From positions 1 to 38,789 of the IMG/VR virus record IMGVR_UViG_3300020354_000001: a stretch of DNA of 38,789 bases; one strand, given 5' to 3'. Shown here piece after piece: positions 31,725 through 38,789 of the stretch. Source of the stretch: a virus. The translations under genes and the position numbers were made by a program. Position 1 is the first letter of the stretch. Each line of letters starts with the position of its first letter. The notes under the pieces were generated by a model, which was given only the letters and a program-made list of their open reading frames with translations, did no database searches and had not been told where the DNA came from.

Positions 31725-32393
31725 ATGGATATTGGAAGCGCTATACGCCACCTCAGACGCCAGCAAGGGCTTACCTTGCAAGAGCTCTGCGACGCGATCG
31801 GTAATGACATGCAGACCGGCTATCTCTCACGCGTTGAGACGAATAAGCTGAATCCTAGCGTCTATACCGTGGCGGATATCGCCCGCGCGCTCGGCACCAC
31901 CGTCGATGATTTGCTGAAAGGTAGCAACACTTTTCATGCCTACAAGGAGACGAAAGCATGCCGAAAAATACCAGTTTTCCCGTTCGTTGCTGCAGCTAAT
32001 CCATACGCTGTAGGAATGTACCCACCTACGACTGCACTCACGACCATTCCATCGCCTGTAGACGTGCCATTGGGCAGCTTTGGATTGATTCTTGATGATG
32101 ACTCGATGCAGAGCAGCGAAGGTCTAAGCTTTTCGCAAGGTAGCGTGGTTATCTTCGCGCCTTATGACAAAAACCGACTAATACGCGAGAAACAAATCCA
32201 GCTTGGGCAATACGTTATTGTTCATTCCCAAAATGCCAGACCCGGCACCCCACCCCTATTTCGCCAGCTAGTTGCCGATGGCGCTGAACGCATGCTCCGA
32301 CCACGCAACTCTCGCTACCCCATCCGCCCGTTGCCGCCTGAGCCGGTTTTTGTAGGCTATGCAGTAGTCCAAATCCTAGACCTGACCTCATGA
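31725..32393 (+). CDS. Prophage repressor: XRE-type HTH plus S24 (LexA/cI-like) C-terminal domain
   Basis: ORF track 31626..32393. The ATG at 31725 has a GGGAGG RBS. The HTH is QGLTLQELCDAIGNDMQTGYLSRVETNK. The C-domain has PVFPFVAAANP, LDDDSMQ and LFRQLVADGAERMLRPRNSRYPIRP, which align with lambda cI / LexA. Confidence 0.85.
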   Translation: MDIGSAIRHLRRQQGLTLQELCDAIGNDMQTGYLSRVETNKLNPSVYTVADIARALGTTVDDLLKGSNTFHAYKETKACRKIPVFPFVAAANPYAVGMYPPTTALTTIPSPVDVPLGSFGLILDDDSMQSSEGLSFSQGSVVIFAPYDKNRLIREKQIQLGQYVIVHSQNARPGTPPLFRQLVADGAERMLRPRNSRYPIRPLPPEPVFVGYAVVQILDLTS

Positions 32394-32515
32394 TTCTACT
32401 CATGAGTGCATGAATATTTTACCTATCGGTAGATTATGGCGTAACATAATAGCGCAACTCGCTACGCGCGCCGCTATGCGTTATATTCAGAAGGTTTAGG
32501 GAAAGCAGAAACGAA

Positions 32516-32545
32516 CAACGGCCGGGTTTAGCGGCCCGGCCGTTG
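32516..32545. other. Strong hairpin in the repressor-repA spacer (11-bp stem CAACGGCCGGG / CCCGGCCGTTG)
   Basis: Arms at 32516-32526 and 32535-32545, with an 8-nt loop. On the minus strand it is followed by TTCGTTTCTGCTTTCC. Confidence 0.6.
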
Positions 32546-32549
32546 GAAG

Positions 32550-32567
32550 CTGTGAGACCACTCACAG
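32550..32567. other. Second hairpin, CTGTGAG-ACCA-CTCACAG
   Basis: 7-bp stem with a 4-nt loop. On the plus strand it is followed by AACATATATTTCC. Confidence 0.5.
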
Positions 32568-32700
32568 AACATATATTTCCTTCGCACGTTGTTGCCAAGC
32601 TGTTGATTTCAAAGAACTGTTAGCGGGCAGATCTATGAAAGCCGGACACAACTATAGGTAGTATATGGCGTGGTCTCGTAGCGTTCAACTTTCTGCTGAC

Positions 32701-32732
32701 GTTTGTACAAGAGTACAAACGTACAAAAGTAC
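32701..32732. promoter_or_regulatory. GTAC-box array E: four to five contiguous 8-bp units just upstream of repA, in opposite spacer polarity to arrays A-D
   Basis: Units are GTTTGTAC AAGAGTAC AAACGTAC AAAAGTAC, then a degenerate ACGGGAAC. Includes the inverted repeat GTTTGTAC-AAGA-GTACAAAC (32701-32720). Confidence 0.6.
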
Positions 32733-32752
32733 ACGGGAACGGAACGCACGCA

Positions 32753-35700
32753 ATGACGAATGTAGGACGCCAGGGATTAGCCAGTTTTTACGAAGAGCGT
32801 TTCCGCAGCGACCCCCACGCGCTGCTGGATTACTGCCACGGCGAGATCGCTCACATCGCCGCCGAGGTATCGGTCGACTGGGACAAGCTCGCCGGTGACC
32901 TGCGCCTCGATGACAAAAAGCATCGTGGAAAAATCCCCACGCTCGCTAAAGGCGAGCGTCATCGTGTTGCGGTCTTCGGCTCGCTCAAGCGCGCCCGTAA
33001 CGGCATCGAATACCCCCACATAAATTTCCACACCCTAGCCCAAGGCGGTTACAACGCTACCTGGTCAGGCTATGACGCACTGCTCGAACTCTACCGCCGC
33101 GAAGGCGGGCAAGCGGCTGACGCAAAGCACGCCGCCTGGCTTGCCAAACAAGAGGCACGGCGCGCGGAGCGCGCCGCGCGCATGGCAGAAGTGGAACGCC
33201 AGGAGCGCATCGAGCGCGAACGTCTTCAGGGCGAGCATGACGCCTATGAGCAGGCGTTCTATCGCGGTGGGGCACACTCCTTTGAATACGCACCGGGCAA
33301 GTTCGACACGGTCGAGCTGATCGGCGATGCGGACGGTACCGAGCCATATCTGCAGAACAAACAGATCGAGAGCATCGTCGATGCCGTGACGCTCAAACGC
33401 ATGCGCGACCGCCACGGCGAGTTCGTAGCGTTTGCCCTGCAGGGTATCGACGGCGACTATCGCGGCCTGCAGCGGCTATACCCCACGTTCAAAAAATACA
33501 CCGTAGCCGTGCGCGGCGGGCAGTTCGACGGCGCGCACCTGCTGATCGGCGACATCTACGCCAAGCGACTTTATAGCGTCGAGGGCTTCGCCACCGGCGC
33601 GAGTGTCTGGCTGGCTGAAACCGCTATCAAGAGTGCAGAGTGCGGCGTCATCGTTGCGATGAACGCTCAGAACCTGCCGAAAGTGCTGCGCGCCTACAAG
33701 CGCTGGGACGACAAGCTGCGCCCGGTGAACGCCGCCGATAACGACTGCTGGAAACCCATGGCTGGCAACGCTGGCCAGCTTCGCGCCCTGGAAGTGAAGC
33801 GCGAGCTGGAAGTGCGCAGCGTAATGCCGCGCTTTCATGAGCTGCTCGACGATGACGCGATCGCTGACGCGCTGGCCACCGGCAAAGGCCCAAACGACTG
33901 GAACGACATGCACTGCCAGTTTGGCCTGGACGTTACTGCCAAAGCCCTGCGCGCGCGTGCCAGCAAGGTCGAGGTCGAGACCGCCTTTTTCGATTACTGC
34001 CTGCAGCGCGTTCAGGCGTCCGGCAGCATGAACGTGATGGAAGAGGCGCTGAAAGCGGTCAACGCAGGCATGCAACTGGCACCGACTAAGTACACTGGCC
34101 GCGCCGTTTTCCGTACCGTCTGCGAAGCGATCCCGCAGGGTTTACCGTTTAACCGCCACCGCTTGCTCTCCCGCGTATGCTGGCTGGCGAAAAAGAAACT
34201 GCAGAGCGCCGCTGGCCTGCGCAGCTTCACCGCTGAAGGGCTCAATCGTCCCAACGTTCAGTATCACAAGGTGCGCGGCGTGCGCGCCGATCACGGCAAC
34301 ATCCTGCTGCCCGACCACATTCAAGACCTCGTCCAGTCGCTCAACGGCATGGTGATTGTTCGCGGCCCGATGGGAGCCGGTAAAACCGAACATCTGATTC
34401 GTCCATTGATGCAGGCGTCACCGAAAGCCGCTTACATCGCTCACCGCGTCTCGCTCGTCGGCGATGCCGCTTACCGCCTCAACACCACGCACTATCGCAA
34501 CGTGATCGCCGCCGAGATGCCCTACGTATCGCACCTCGCGTGCTGCGTAAACTCCATCACTCACCCCAAATTTCACAACGGCGACGGCCGCTCCTGGTTC
34601 ACGACCGTCGACACGCTCTGCATCGACGAAGCCAGCCAGGTGCTACGCCACATCGCCACCGGCCCGGTGGACCAGCCCACCCGCGTCATGGATGGCCTGG
34701 TCGAGGCCATGCAGTCCGCGCGCCTGGTATTGATGTGCGACGCCGACGCCAACGACTCACTGATCGAGCTATGCGAAATGGCGCGCCCCGGCGAGCCGAT
34801 TCACATTCTCGAAGTCGACCCTGCCAACGATCATATCCGCATCGATCACGCTGACCATGAGAGCGTGTGGCAGAAAGCGCTGGATGCTGCAGTTGCCGGT
34901 GAGCGCGTATTGATCGCCAACGACAGCGCCGAAAGTGCCAAAAAACTGGCGGTGATGATCGAGCAGCAGCGCCCGGACGCGAAAGTGCTGCTGGTTCACA
35001 AAGAGAGTAAAGCGAACCCGGATGCCGAGCGCTTCCTCGACCGTCCCAACGATGAGGCCGTCAATTATGACGTACTGATCTACAGCCCAGCGATCAGCTC
35101 CGGCGTGTCGATCACAACGCCCCATTTCACCCGGCATTTTGGTATTTTCAGCGGCCAGACGGTCAGCCCAAGCGACGCTATTCAGATGATGCGCCGCGAC
35201 CGCACCGCCCGCCACTACGTGGTGGGCATCGGCATATCCCGCGTGATGCGTGAGACCGACCGCGAAGCGCTATTCCGTGGCCTGATCGCCGCCGACGAGC
35301 TTAGCTGTGATTTTGACGAGACCGACACCGAGATCGTGCTGCGACGGACGAAAACGGTATTCGATGAGATGTTCCTTAGCTGCAGCACTGGCGATAACCA
35401 CGCGCGCAATGATTTTGCCAATCACCTGCTGCTCATGCTGATCGCGGACGGCTACCGCGTAAACCGCTTGGCCACCGATGAACAGGAGGTCAGCCAGAGC
35501 CGCTCAAACCGTAAAGAGGCGGGCATCCTGGTGCGCCACCGCCGCCTAGAGATCCTGTACAGCGTCGAGACGCCCGACGAAGAGCGTTTCGCCCGGCTCA
35601 ACCGCCAGGAGATCAAATCGGAGACCGAGCAAGCCGAGATCGACCGCCACCACATTGAACACCAGCTCTGCGTTCCAGAGATCGAAAACCACCACGTCGA

Positions 35701-36739
35701 TTTTTACGACGACCAGGGCATCCGCCACGTGACCGCCATCGAGCTGCTGCAGGCCACCGAGGCCCAGGCAGACGCTTACGACAAGGCGCAACGTAAAGCT
35801 CGCGTCACGCTGACCCGCCACCGCTGGAAAAAGCCCGTACACCGCCTGCTCAACCAGGTGTTTGAAACCCTGGGCGTCGACCCGCACACCGGCGAGGGCG
35901 AGTTCACCGCCGATCAGTGCCGCGCCGTGCGCGACACGCTGCTCGCTAATCAAGCCGCGATAGAGCTGTATAACGCGCTCCGGATCGGCCGCTACGTGAA
36001 CCCGAAAGCCTCGCCGAAATGCGCTACTACGTTCGTGAAGTCGATCATGGAGCGCCTTGGCCTCGCCCTGCACAAGCGCAAATCGGACGGCCGGAACGTG
36101 CTGTTTATCAGCACCGACTCATGGGAAGAGGTCATGTACTACGTGCGCCTGCGCGCCGAGCGCGGCGTTCACAGCCTGACCACCCACGAGGCCGCTAGCA
36201 TCCACCAGCCAATGCCCGCGCCGGTACGTGAAACCACCGACGAAGCCCACAACCACGCGGATTCCAGCGAAAGGGATACTTTGCGTGAAGGGGTAGCAGC
36301 AGCAGATGTAAGGTATCCCTCCCTGGGCGATAGCGAAAAGCTCTATGCCGCCGCGAAAGCCGCTTCAAGCCCTCTCAGTTTAGACACGACGCTGGTGGAA
36401 GCGGTGCAGGCGTTGCCTGACGAGATCCGGCAGGCGGTGGTGAACGGGCAGGTTAGCCCGGACGAGCTGGCCTGGGCGATCGGCTACGCATCCAGCATGC
36501 ACAAGCGGGGCAGCGCTGACGAGCTGCACTGCAACCCCGGCGTTATCAAGCGCCTGTATGACGCAGCCCGTGACCTGCCGCTAGCGCTGCCGCTGGTGGA
36601 TGTCGTTGCCCTGCTGCACCCGCAGATCCTGACCAGCATCAGCCAGTACAGCACCGACAACCTGCTGATGACGTTAGAATTTGCTGCTGAGTATATGCGA
36701 AAAAAGTTAACTGGATTGACCCCTGAACATGGGCAATAA
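32753..36739 (+). CDS. repA: Replication protein RepA (N15 RepA / P4 alpha-like primase-helicase)
   Basis: 1328 aa. A Toprim/primase-like region (VEGFATGASVWLAE...VIVAMNAQNL...NAADND) is followed by an NTPase with Walker A GPMGAGKTE and Walker B LCIDEASQ. Size and placement match N15 RepA. Confidence 0.88.
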   Translation: MTNVGRQGLASFYEERFRSDPHALLDYCHGEIAHIAAEVSVDWDKLAGDLRLDDKKHRGKIPTLAKGERHRVAVFGSLKRARNGIEYPHINFHTLAQGGYNATWSGYDALLELYRREGGQAADAKHAAWLAKQEARRAERAARMAEVERQERIERERLQGEHDAYEQAFYRGGAHSFEYAPGKFDTVELIGDADGTEPYLQNKQIESIVDAVTLKRMRDRHGEFVAFALQGIDGDYRGLQRLYPTFKKYTVAVRGGQFDGAHLLIGDIYAKRLYSVEGFATGASVWLAETAIKSAECGVIVAMNAQNLPKVLRAYKRWDDKLRPVNAADNDCWKPMAGNAGQLRALEVKRELEVRSVMPRFHELLDDDAIADALATGKGPNDWNDMHCQFGLDVTAKALRARASKVEVETAFFDYCLQRVQASGSMNVMEEALKAVNAGMQLAPTKYTGRAVFRTVCEAIPQGLPFNRHRLLSRVCWLAKKKLQSAAGLRSFTAEGLNRPNVQYHKVRGVRADHGNILLPDHIQDLVQSLNGMVIVRGPMGAGKTEHLIRPLMQASPKAAYIAHRVSLVGDAAYRLNTTHYRNVIAAEMPYVSHLACCVNSITHPKFHNGDGRSWFTTVDTLCIDEASQVLRHIATGPVDQPTRVMDGLVEAMQSARLVLMCDADANDSLIELCEMARPGEPIHILEVDPANDHIRIDHADHESVWQKALDAAVAGERVLIANDSAESAKKLAVMIEQQRPDAKVLLVHKESKANPDAERFLDRPNDEAVNYDVLIYSPAISSGVSITTPHFTRHFGIFSGQTVSPSDAIQMMRRDRTARHYVVGIGISRVMRETDREALFRGLIAADELSCDFDETDTEIVLRRTKTVFDEMFLSCSTGDNHARNDFANHLLLMLIADGYRVNRLATDEQEVSQSRSNRKEAGILVRHRRLEILYSVETPDEERFARLNRQEIKSETEQAEIDRHHIEHQLCVPEIENHHVDFYDDQGIRHVTAIELLQATEAQADAYDKAQRKARVTLTRHRWKKPVHRLLNQVFETLGVDPHTGEGEFTADQCRAVRDTLLANQAAIELYNALRIGRYVNPKASPKCATTFVKSIMERLGLALHKRKSDGRNVLFISTDSWEEVMYYVRLRAERGVHSLTTHEAASIHQPMPAPVRETTDEAHNHADSSERDTLREGVAAADVRYPSLGDSEKLYAAAKAASSPLSLDTTLVEAVQALPDEIRQAVVNGQVSPDELAWAIGYASSMHKRGSADELHCNPGVIKRLYDAARDLPLALPLVDVVALLHPQILTSISQYSTDNLLMTLEFAAEYMRKKLTGLTPEHGQ

Positions 36740-36759
36740 TACTGTATACTTGAACAGTA
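36740..36759. promoter_or_regulatory. LexA (SOS) box, gammaproteobacterial type CTGT-N8-ACAG
   Basis: TACTGTATACTTGAACAGTA matches 16 of 20 positions of TACTGTATATATATACAGTA. All four mismatches lie in the central spacer. It contains a -10-like TATACT (36745-36750) and sits 26 nt upstream of the ATG at 36785. Confidence 0.7.
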
Positions 36760-36784
36760 AATATAACCGTAGGGGGGTAACTTT

Positions 36785-37072
36785 ATGACCGATGAAACCG
36801 TGTATGACGTACAGGACCAACTGGAAGAGCGCTTGGCCAGGGCGAGTGCCTTGCTTCACCTGCTCTCGCAGTCAGATGGCGTCGATAGCCAGACGCTGCA
36901 AAGCGTGGCACAGGACGCCGCCGACCATGTGACCCAGGCGCAGTCGCTTTGCCAGACGCTGGCAGAGACGCACAAAAAAGGGCCAGCGCTTGAGCGCCAG
37001 CCCCTTCATGCCGCGTTATCGATGCACCTAGTGGGCGCGCGCTCCCCTCAGCGCCCACCCGCCGCTTTATAG
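36785..37072 (+). CDS. Small LexA-box-associated protein, candidate SOS-controlled antirepressor (Tum-like role)
   Basis: 95-aa ORF with an AGGGGGG RBS 7 nt upstream. The helical, acidic N-terminal ~60 aa look protein-like. The 3' end overlaps the convergent telN by 25 nt. No recognisable family. Confidence 0.5.
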   Translation: MTDETVYDVQDQLEERLARASALLHLLSQSDGVDSQTLQSVAQDAADHVTQAQSLCQTLAETHKKGPALERQPLHAALSMHLVGARSPQRPPAAL

Positions 37073-38610
37073 GCCGCCTTCATCGCTTCGATCCGGCCTG
37101 CCTGGTTGCCCACCCGCGCAACCTCCACCCCGTTGATTGAAGCCACCCCGACCCACTGGCCATCCCCTTGCTGGTGGGCGACCAGCCGGGGCTTCGCCTC
37201 GGCTACTTCCTTCGGCACTGCCGCCGCGACCTTGTCCAGATCGACGTTCGGCGTGTCGAGCGCCTCTCGCGCCAGCTCCAGGTACGCCTTGATGGCAGGG
37301 CGATAAACGCCCAGCTCTCGGCTGATCAGAGACTGCGTAATTTTCGCGTCTGGCTCCTGCTCGATCTGCGCTTTCACCCAGGCATGCACACGCGCCTGGG
37401 CGTCGCTGCTCTCAAGCTGCTCATGGCCGTCCAACGCCTGCAGCGCAGCGAGGCGGCTAGCGTGTTCGTGCTCCTCCTGGTCGGCTTGATCCGGCTCGTC
37501 GTAGACGATCTTAAAGGCGCGGTAGCTGCGCTGGGTGTCCATGTCCTCGTGCCCCAGCATCTCGCGCCAGAACACGTCCTCGGTGACTTTCTTCCAGCGC
37601 TTGTCGCGAGAGAAGTGCAGCTCAAACACCAGCCGCGCCCAGATCGCGCGGCTGTCCTTGAACACGCGCTCATCGTTGTTAAAGATCCGCTTAGTGAGCG
37701 TGTTGAGCGTCTTCGCCGTGCGGCGGTTCACATCGCTGTTGTCCATGCCCTGCAGCTCAGCAACTTCCGGCAGCGAGCGCAGCTCGTCCCACGCTTCGAT
37801 CACCAGGTCAGCCTTCACCAGGGTATAGATGTGGTAAGCCTCGCTATAGTCGACGCCGCCGCGCTTTTTCGCTTGGCCGCTGAACTCCAGCTCATACTCG
37901 CCCACTTTGCTGATTCGGCCGGTCTTCAGCACCTCGATCGCGCGCCGCCCGGTGGCCAACGCCAGCCCCAGCGCTAGGTAACTGAAAAAGCCGCGATACT
38001 CGCCATCGACCACCCTCTCTCGGTTACTCAGCAGCTCGTAAACCGTCTCCATCAACCAGTGGTAGTTGATCTCGACCGTGTTCACCGCGCGCTCTTCCAG
38101 CGTCTCGCTGGCCTCTTCAGCCAGCGTGCTTTTCTGTGCAGAGCTCAACGTCAGGTGGCGCATGATTTCATGGTCGAGCTTCATCGCCCGGATGTCCTCA
38201 TAAGCGTCGTCATCGTTGCGGATCTGGTCGAGCAGCTCGCGGTGGGCCATACGAATGGCGCTGATATCGGTCAGCTTGCCGAGCGCTTTCAGCTTACTGG
38301 CATAAGCCGGGTAGCGGCTGGCCAGCCGCTCGATCTGTTGGTCGAAGCTGTGATGACGCCAGTTCTGTGCAGTCACCGCCTTGCGCGCTTCTGTCATGTA
38401 GCGGCGAAAGGTCGTGACCGCGATCCGCTCAGAATCCTTGCGGCGCTTGTCATCATGCAGGCGCGTTTTGAAGCTACGTGCCAGCCGCGCCATGCGCTTG
38501 GTTTTCTCTTTACGTGGCATCTCATCATCGGCGTCGATCTCTTTGATCTCGCTGAGCAACCACTCTATCAATTCCGCTAAATCAACCTTTCTACGTGACT
38601 CACCGCTCAT
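37048..38610 (-). CDS. telN: Protelomerase (telomere resolvase, TelN/TelK family)
   Basis: ORF track 37048..38679 (TTG). The ATG at 38610 has an RBS. Blocks match N15 TelN: FSGQAKKRGG, VFKDSRAIWARLVFE, and DVFWREMLGHEDMDTQRSYRAFKI, where SY corresponds to the catalytic Tyr context. Confidence 0.95.
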   Translation of the reverse strand: MSGESRRKVDLAELIEWLLSEIKEIDADDEMPRKEKTKRMARLARSFKTRLHDDKRRKDSERIAVTTFRRYMTEARKAVTAQNWRHHSFDQQIERLASRYPAYASKLKALGKLTDISAIRMAHRELLDQIRNDDDAYEDIRAMKLDHEIMRHLTLSSAQKSTLAEEASETLEERAVNTVEINYHWLMETVYELLSNRERVVDGEYRGFFSYLALGLALATGRRAIEVLKTGRISKVGEYELEFSGQAKKRGGVDYSEAYHIYTLVKADLVIEAWDELRSLPEVAELQGMDNSDVNRRTAKTLNTLTKRIFNNDERVFKDSRAIWARLVFELHFSRDKRWKKVTEDVFWREMLGHEDMDTQRSYRAFKIVYDEPDQADQEEHEHASRLAALQALDGHEQLESSDAQARVHAWVKAQIEQEPDAKITQSLISRELGVYRPAIKAYLELAREALDTPNVDLDKVAAAVPKEVAEAKPRLVAHQQGDGQWVGVASINGVEVARVGNQAGRIEAMKAAYKAAGGR

Positions 38611-38650
38611 TTTCCTACCCTCTTTCCATACATAATAAACCCTACAAATA

Positions 38651-38679
38651 TTTATAGACCATACATACCTACACGTCAA
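38651..38679 (-). promoter_or_regulatory. Candidate telN promoter
   Basis: Minus strand: -35 TTGACG (38679-38674), 17-bp spacer, -10 TATAAA (38656-38651). The spacer contains one telomere-flank octamer (CATACATA, 38660-38667). Confidence 0.55.
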
Positions 38680-38734
38680 GCCCTATATATACGCATACAT
38701 ACATGGATAGACAGGGGGCAACATACATACACGA

Positions 38735-38789
38735 CCCTATATTGGGCCACCTATGTATGCACACTGGCCCCATACTATACGTATAGTAT
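38735..38789. repeat. telR: right terminal inverted repeat, the other half of the protelomerase target
   Basis: Reverse complement of nt 1-55. The terminal 18-mer is identical to nt 1-18. Confidence 0.85.

Larger units (their letters stand above)
1..38789. mobile_element. Complete linear plasmid-prophage (telomere phage) genome, N15/phiHAP-1/VP882 type, in telL-to-telR orientation
   Basis: 55-bp perfect terminal inverted repeats. Protelomerase gene next to the right end and parA/parG-like pair next to the left end. RepA-like 1328-aa primase-helicase, cI-like repressor, and a full lysis, packaging, head and tail gene set. No integrase or att-like host flanks. Confidence 0.85.

Noticed and set aside
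32550-32567. CTGTGAGACCACTCACAG, considered as a second LexA box
   Set aside because: The spacing is CTGT-N10-ACAG rather than N8, and the spacer is GC-rich. It is better explained as a simple 7-bp hairpin.
36783-37058. Minus-strand ORF 36783..37058 (91 aa), the alternative to the plus-strand 36785..37072 ORF
   Set aside because: Its translation is Arg/Ala/Gly/Pro-rich with no RBS. It would be read-through from telN with no start context. The plus-strand ORF has an RBS, a promoter-like LexA box and a protein-like N-terminal two-thirds.
1-38789. Search for integrase, attL/attR, transposase, tRNA or rRNA genes
   Set aside because: No tyrosine or serine integrase-like ORF other than the protelomerase, no direct repeats flanking the element, and no cloverleaf-like or rRNA-like sequence were noticed. 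This is consistent with an extrachromosomal linear prophage, so none is reported.

Overview
The window appears to be the complete ~38.8-kb genome of an N15 / phiHAP-1 / VP882-type telomere phage, that is a linear plasmid-prophage, shown from telL to telR. All calls below were made by eye from the sequence and ORF track, with no searches run.

Ends and maintenance:
- Nt 1-55 are the exact reverse complement of nt 38735-38789.
- Both termini end in the same self-complementary 18-mer, ATACTATACGTATAGTAT.
- A protelomerase gene (37048-38610, minus) sits next to the right end.
- A small ParA plus ParG-like pair (426-1353, plus) sits next to the left end.
- There is no integrase.

Gene layout:
- 1.4-4.0 kb, plus strand: small genes of unknown function, several very acidic.
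- 4.4-28.6 kb, minus strand: one long late operon. It runs XhlA-like, GH108 endolysin, 3TM holin, Nu1-like TerS, gpA-like TerL, gpW-like, lambda-type portal, a protease-scaffold-HK97 capsid fusion, neck genes, P2-like baseplate V-W-J-I, a multi-ORF tail fibre, sheath, tube, a chaperone with a TTTTTTG -1 frameshift, tape measure, U, X, D, then Dam.
- 28.8-31.6 kb, minus strand: an early-left operon with a CII/CP76-like protein, a TraR/DksA zinc finger, a possible Q-like protein and a Lar-like protein.
- 31725-32393: a cI/LexA-type repressor.
- 32753-36739: a 1328-aa N15-RepA-like primase-helicase.

Most interesting observations:
1. Five dispersed arrays, 24 units in total, of contiguous 8-bp repeats (WWWW-GTRC). 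They lie in the control regions of parA, the 2.8-kb operon, terS, the late/lysis promoter and repA. They are absent from the repressor's own control region. This looks like a dispersed type-Ib (ParG/omega-like) centromere-operator regulon.
2. A near-consensus LexA box (36740-36759) lies immediately upstream of a 95-aa ORF. The cI-like repressor has Ala-Ala in place of the Ala-Gly cleavage site and Arg in place of the catalytic Lys. Together these suggest SOS induction through an antirepressor rather than repressor autocleavage.
3. A lambda PR'/tR'-like late control region: a TTGACA promoter followed by two intrinsic terminators ahead of the lysis genes.
4. A 360-bp non-coding spacer upstream of repA with a duplicated 20-mer and two stable hairpins, a candidate ncRNA or attenuator.
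5. TATGTATG octamer repeats flank both telomeres. One lies inside the spacer of the telN promoter.
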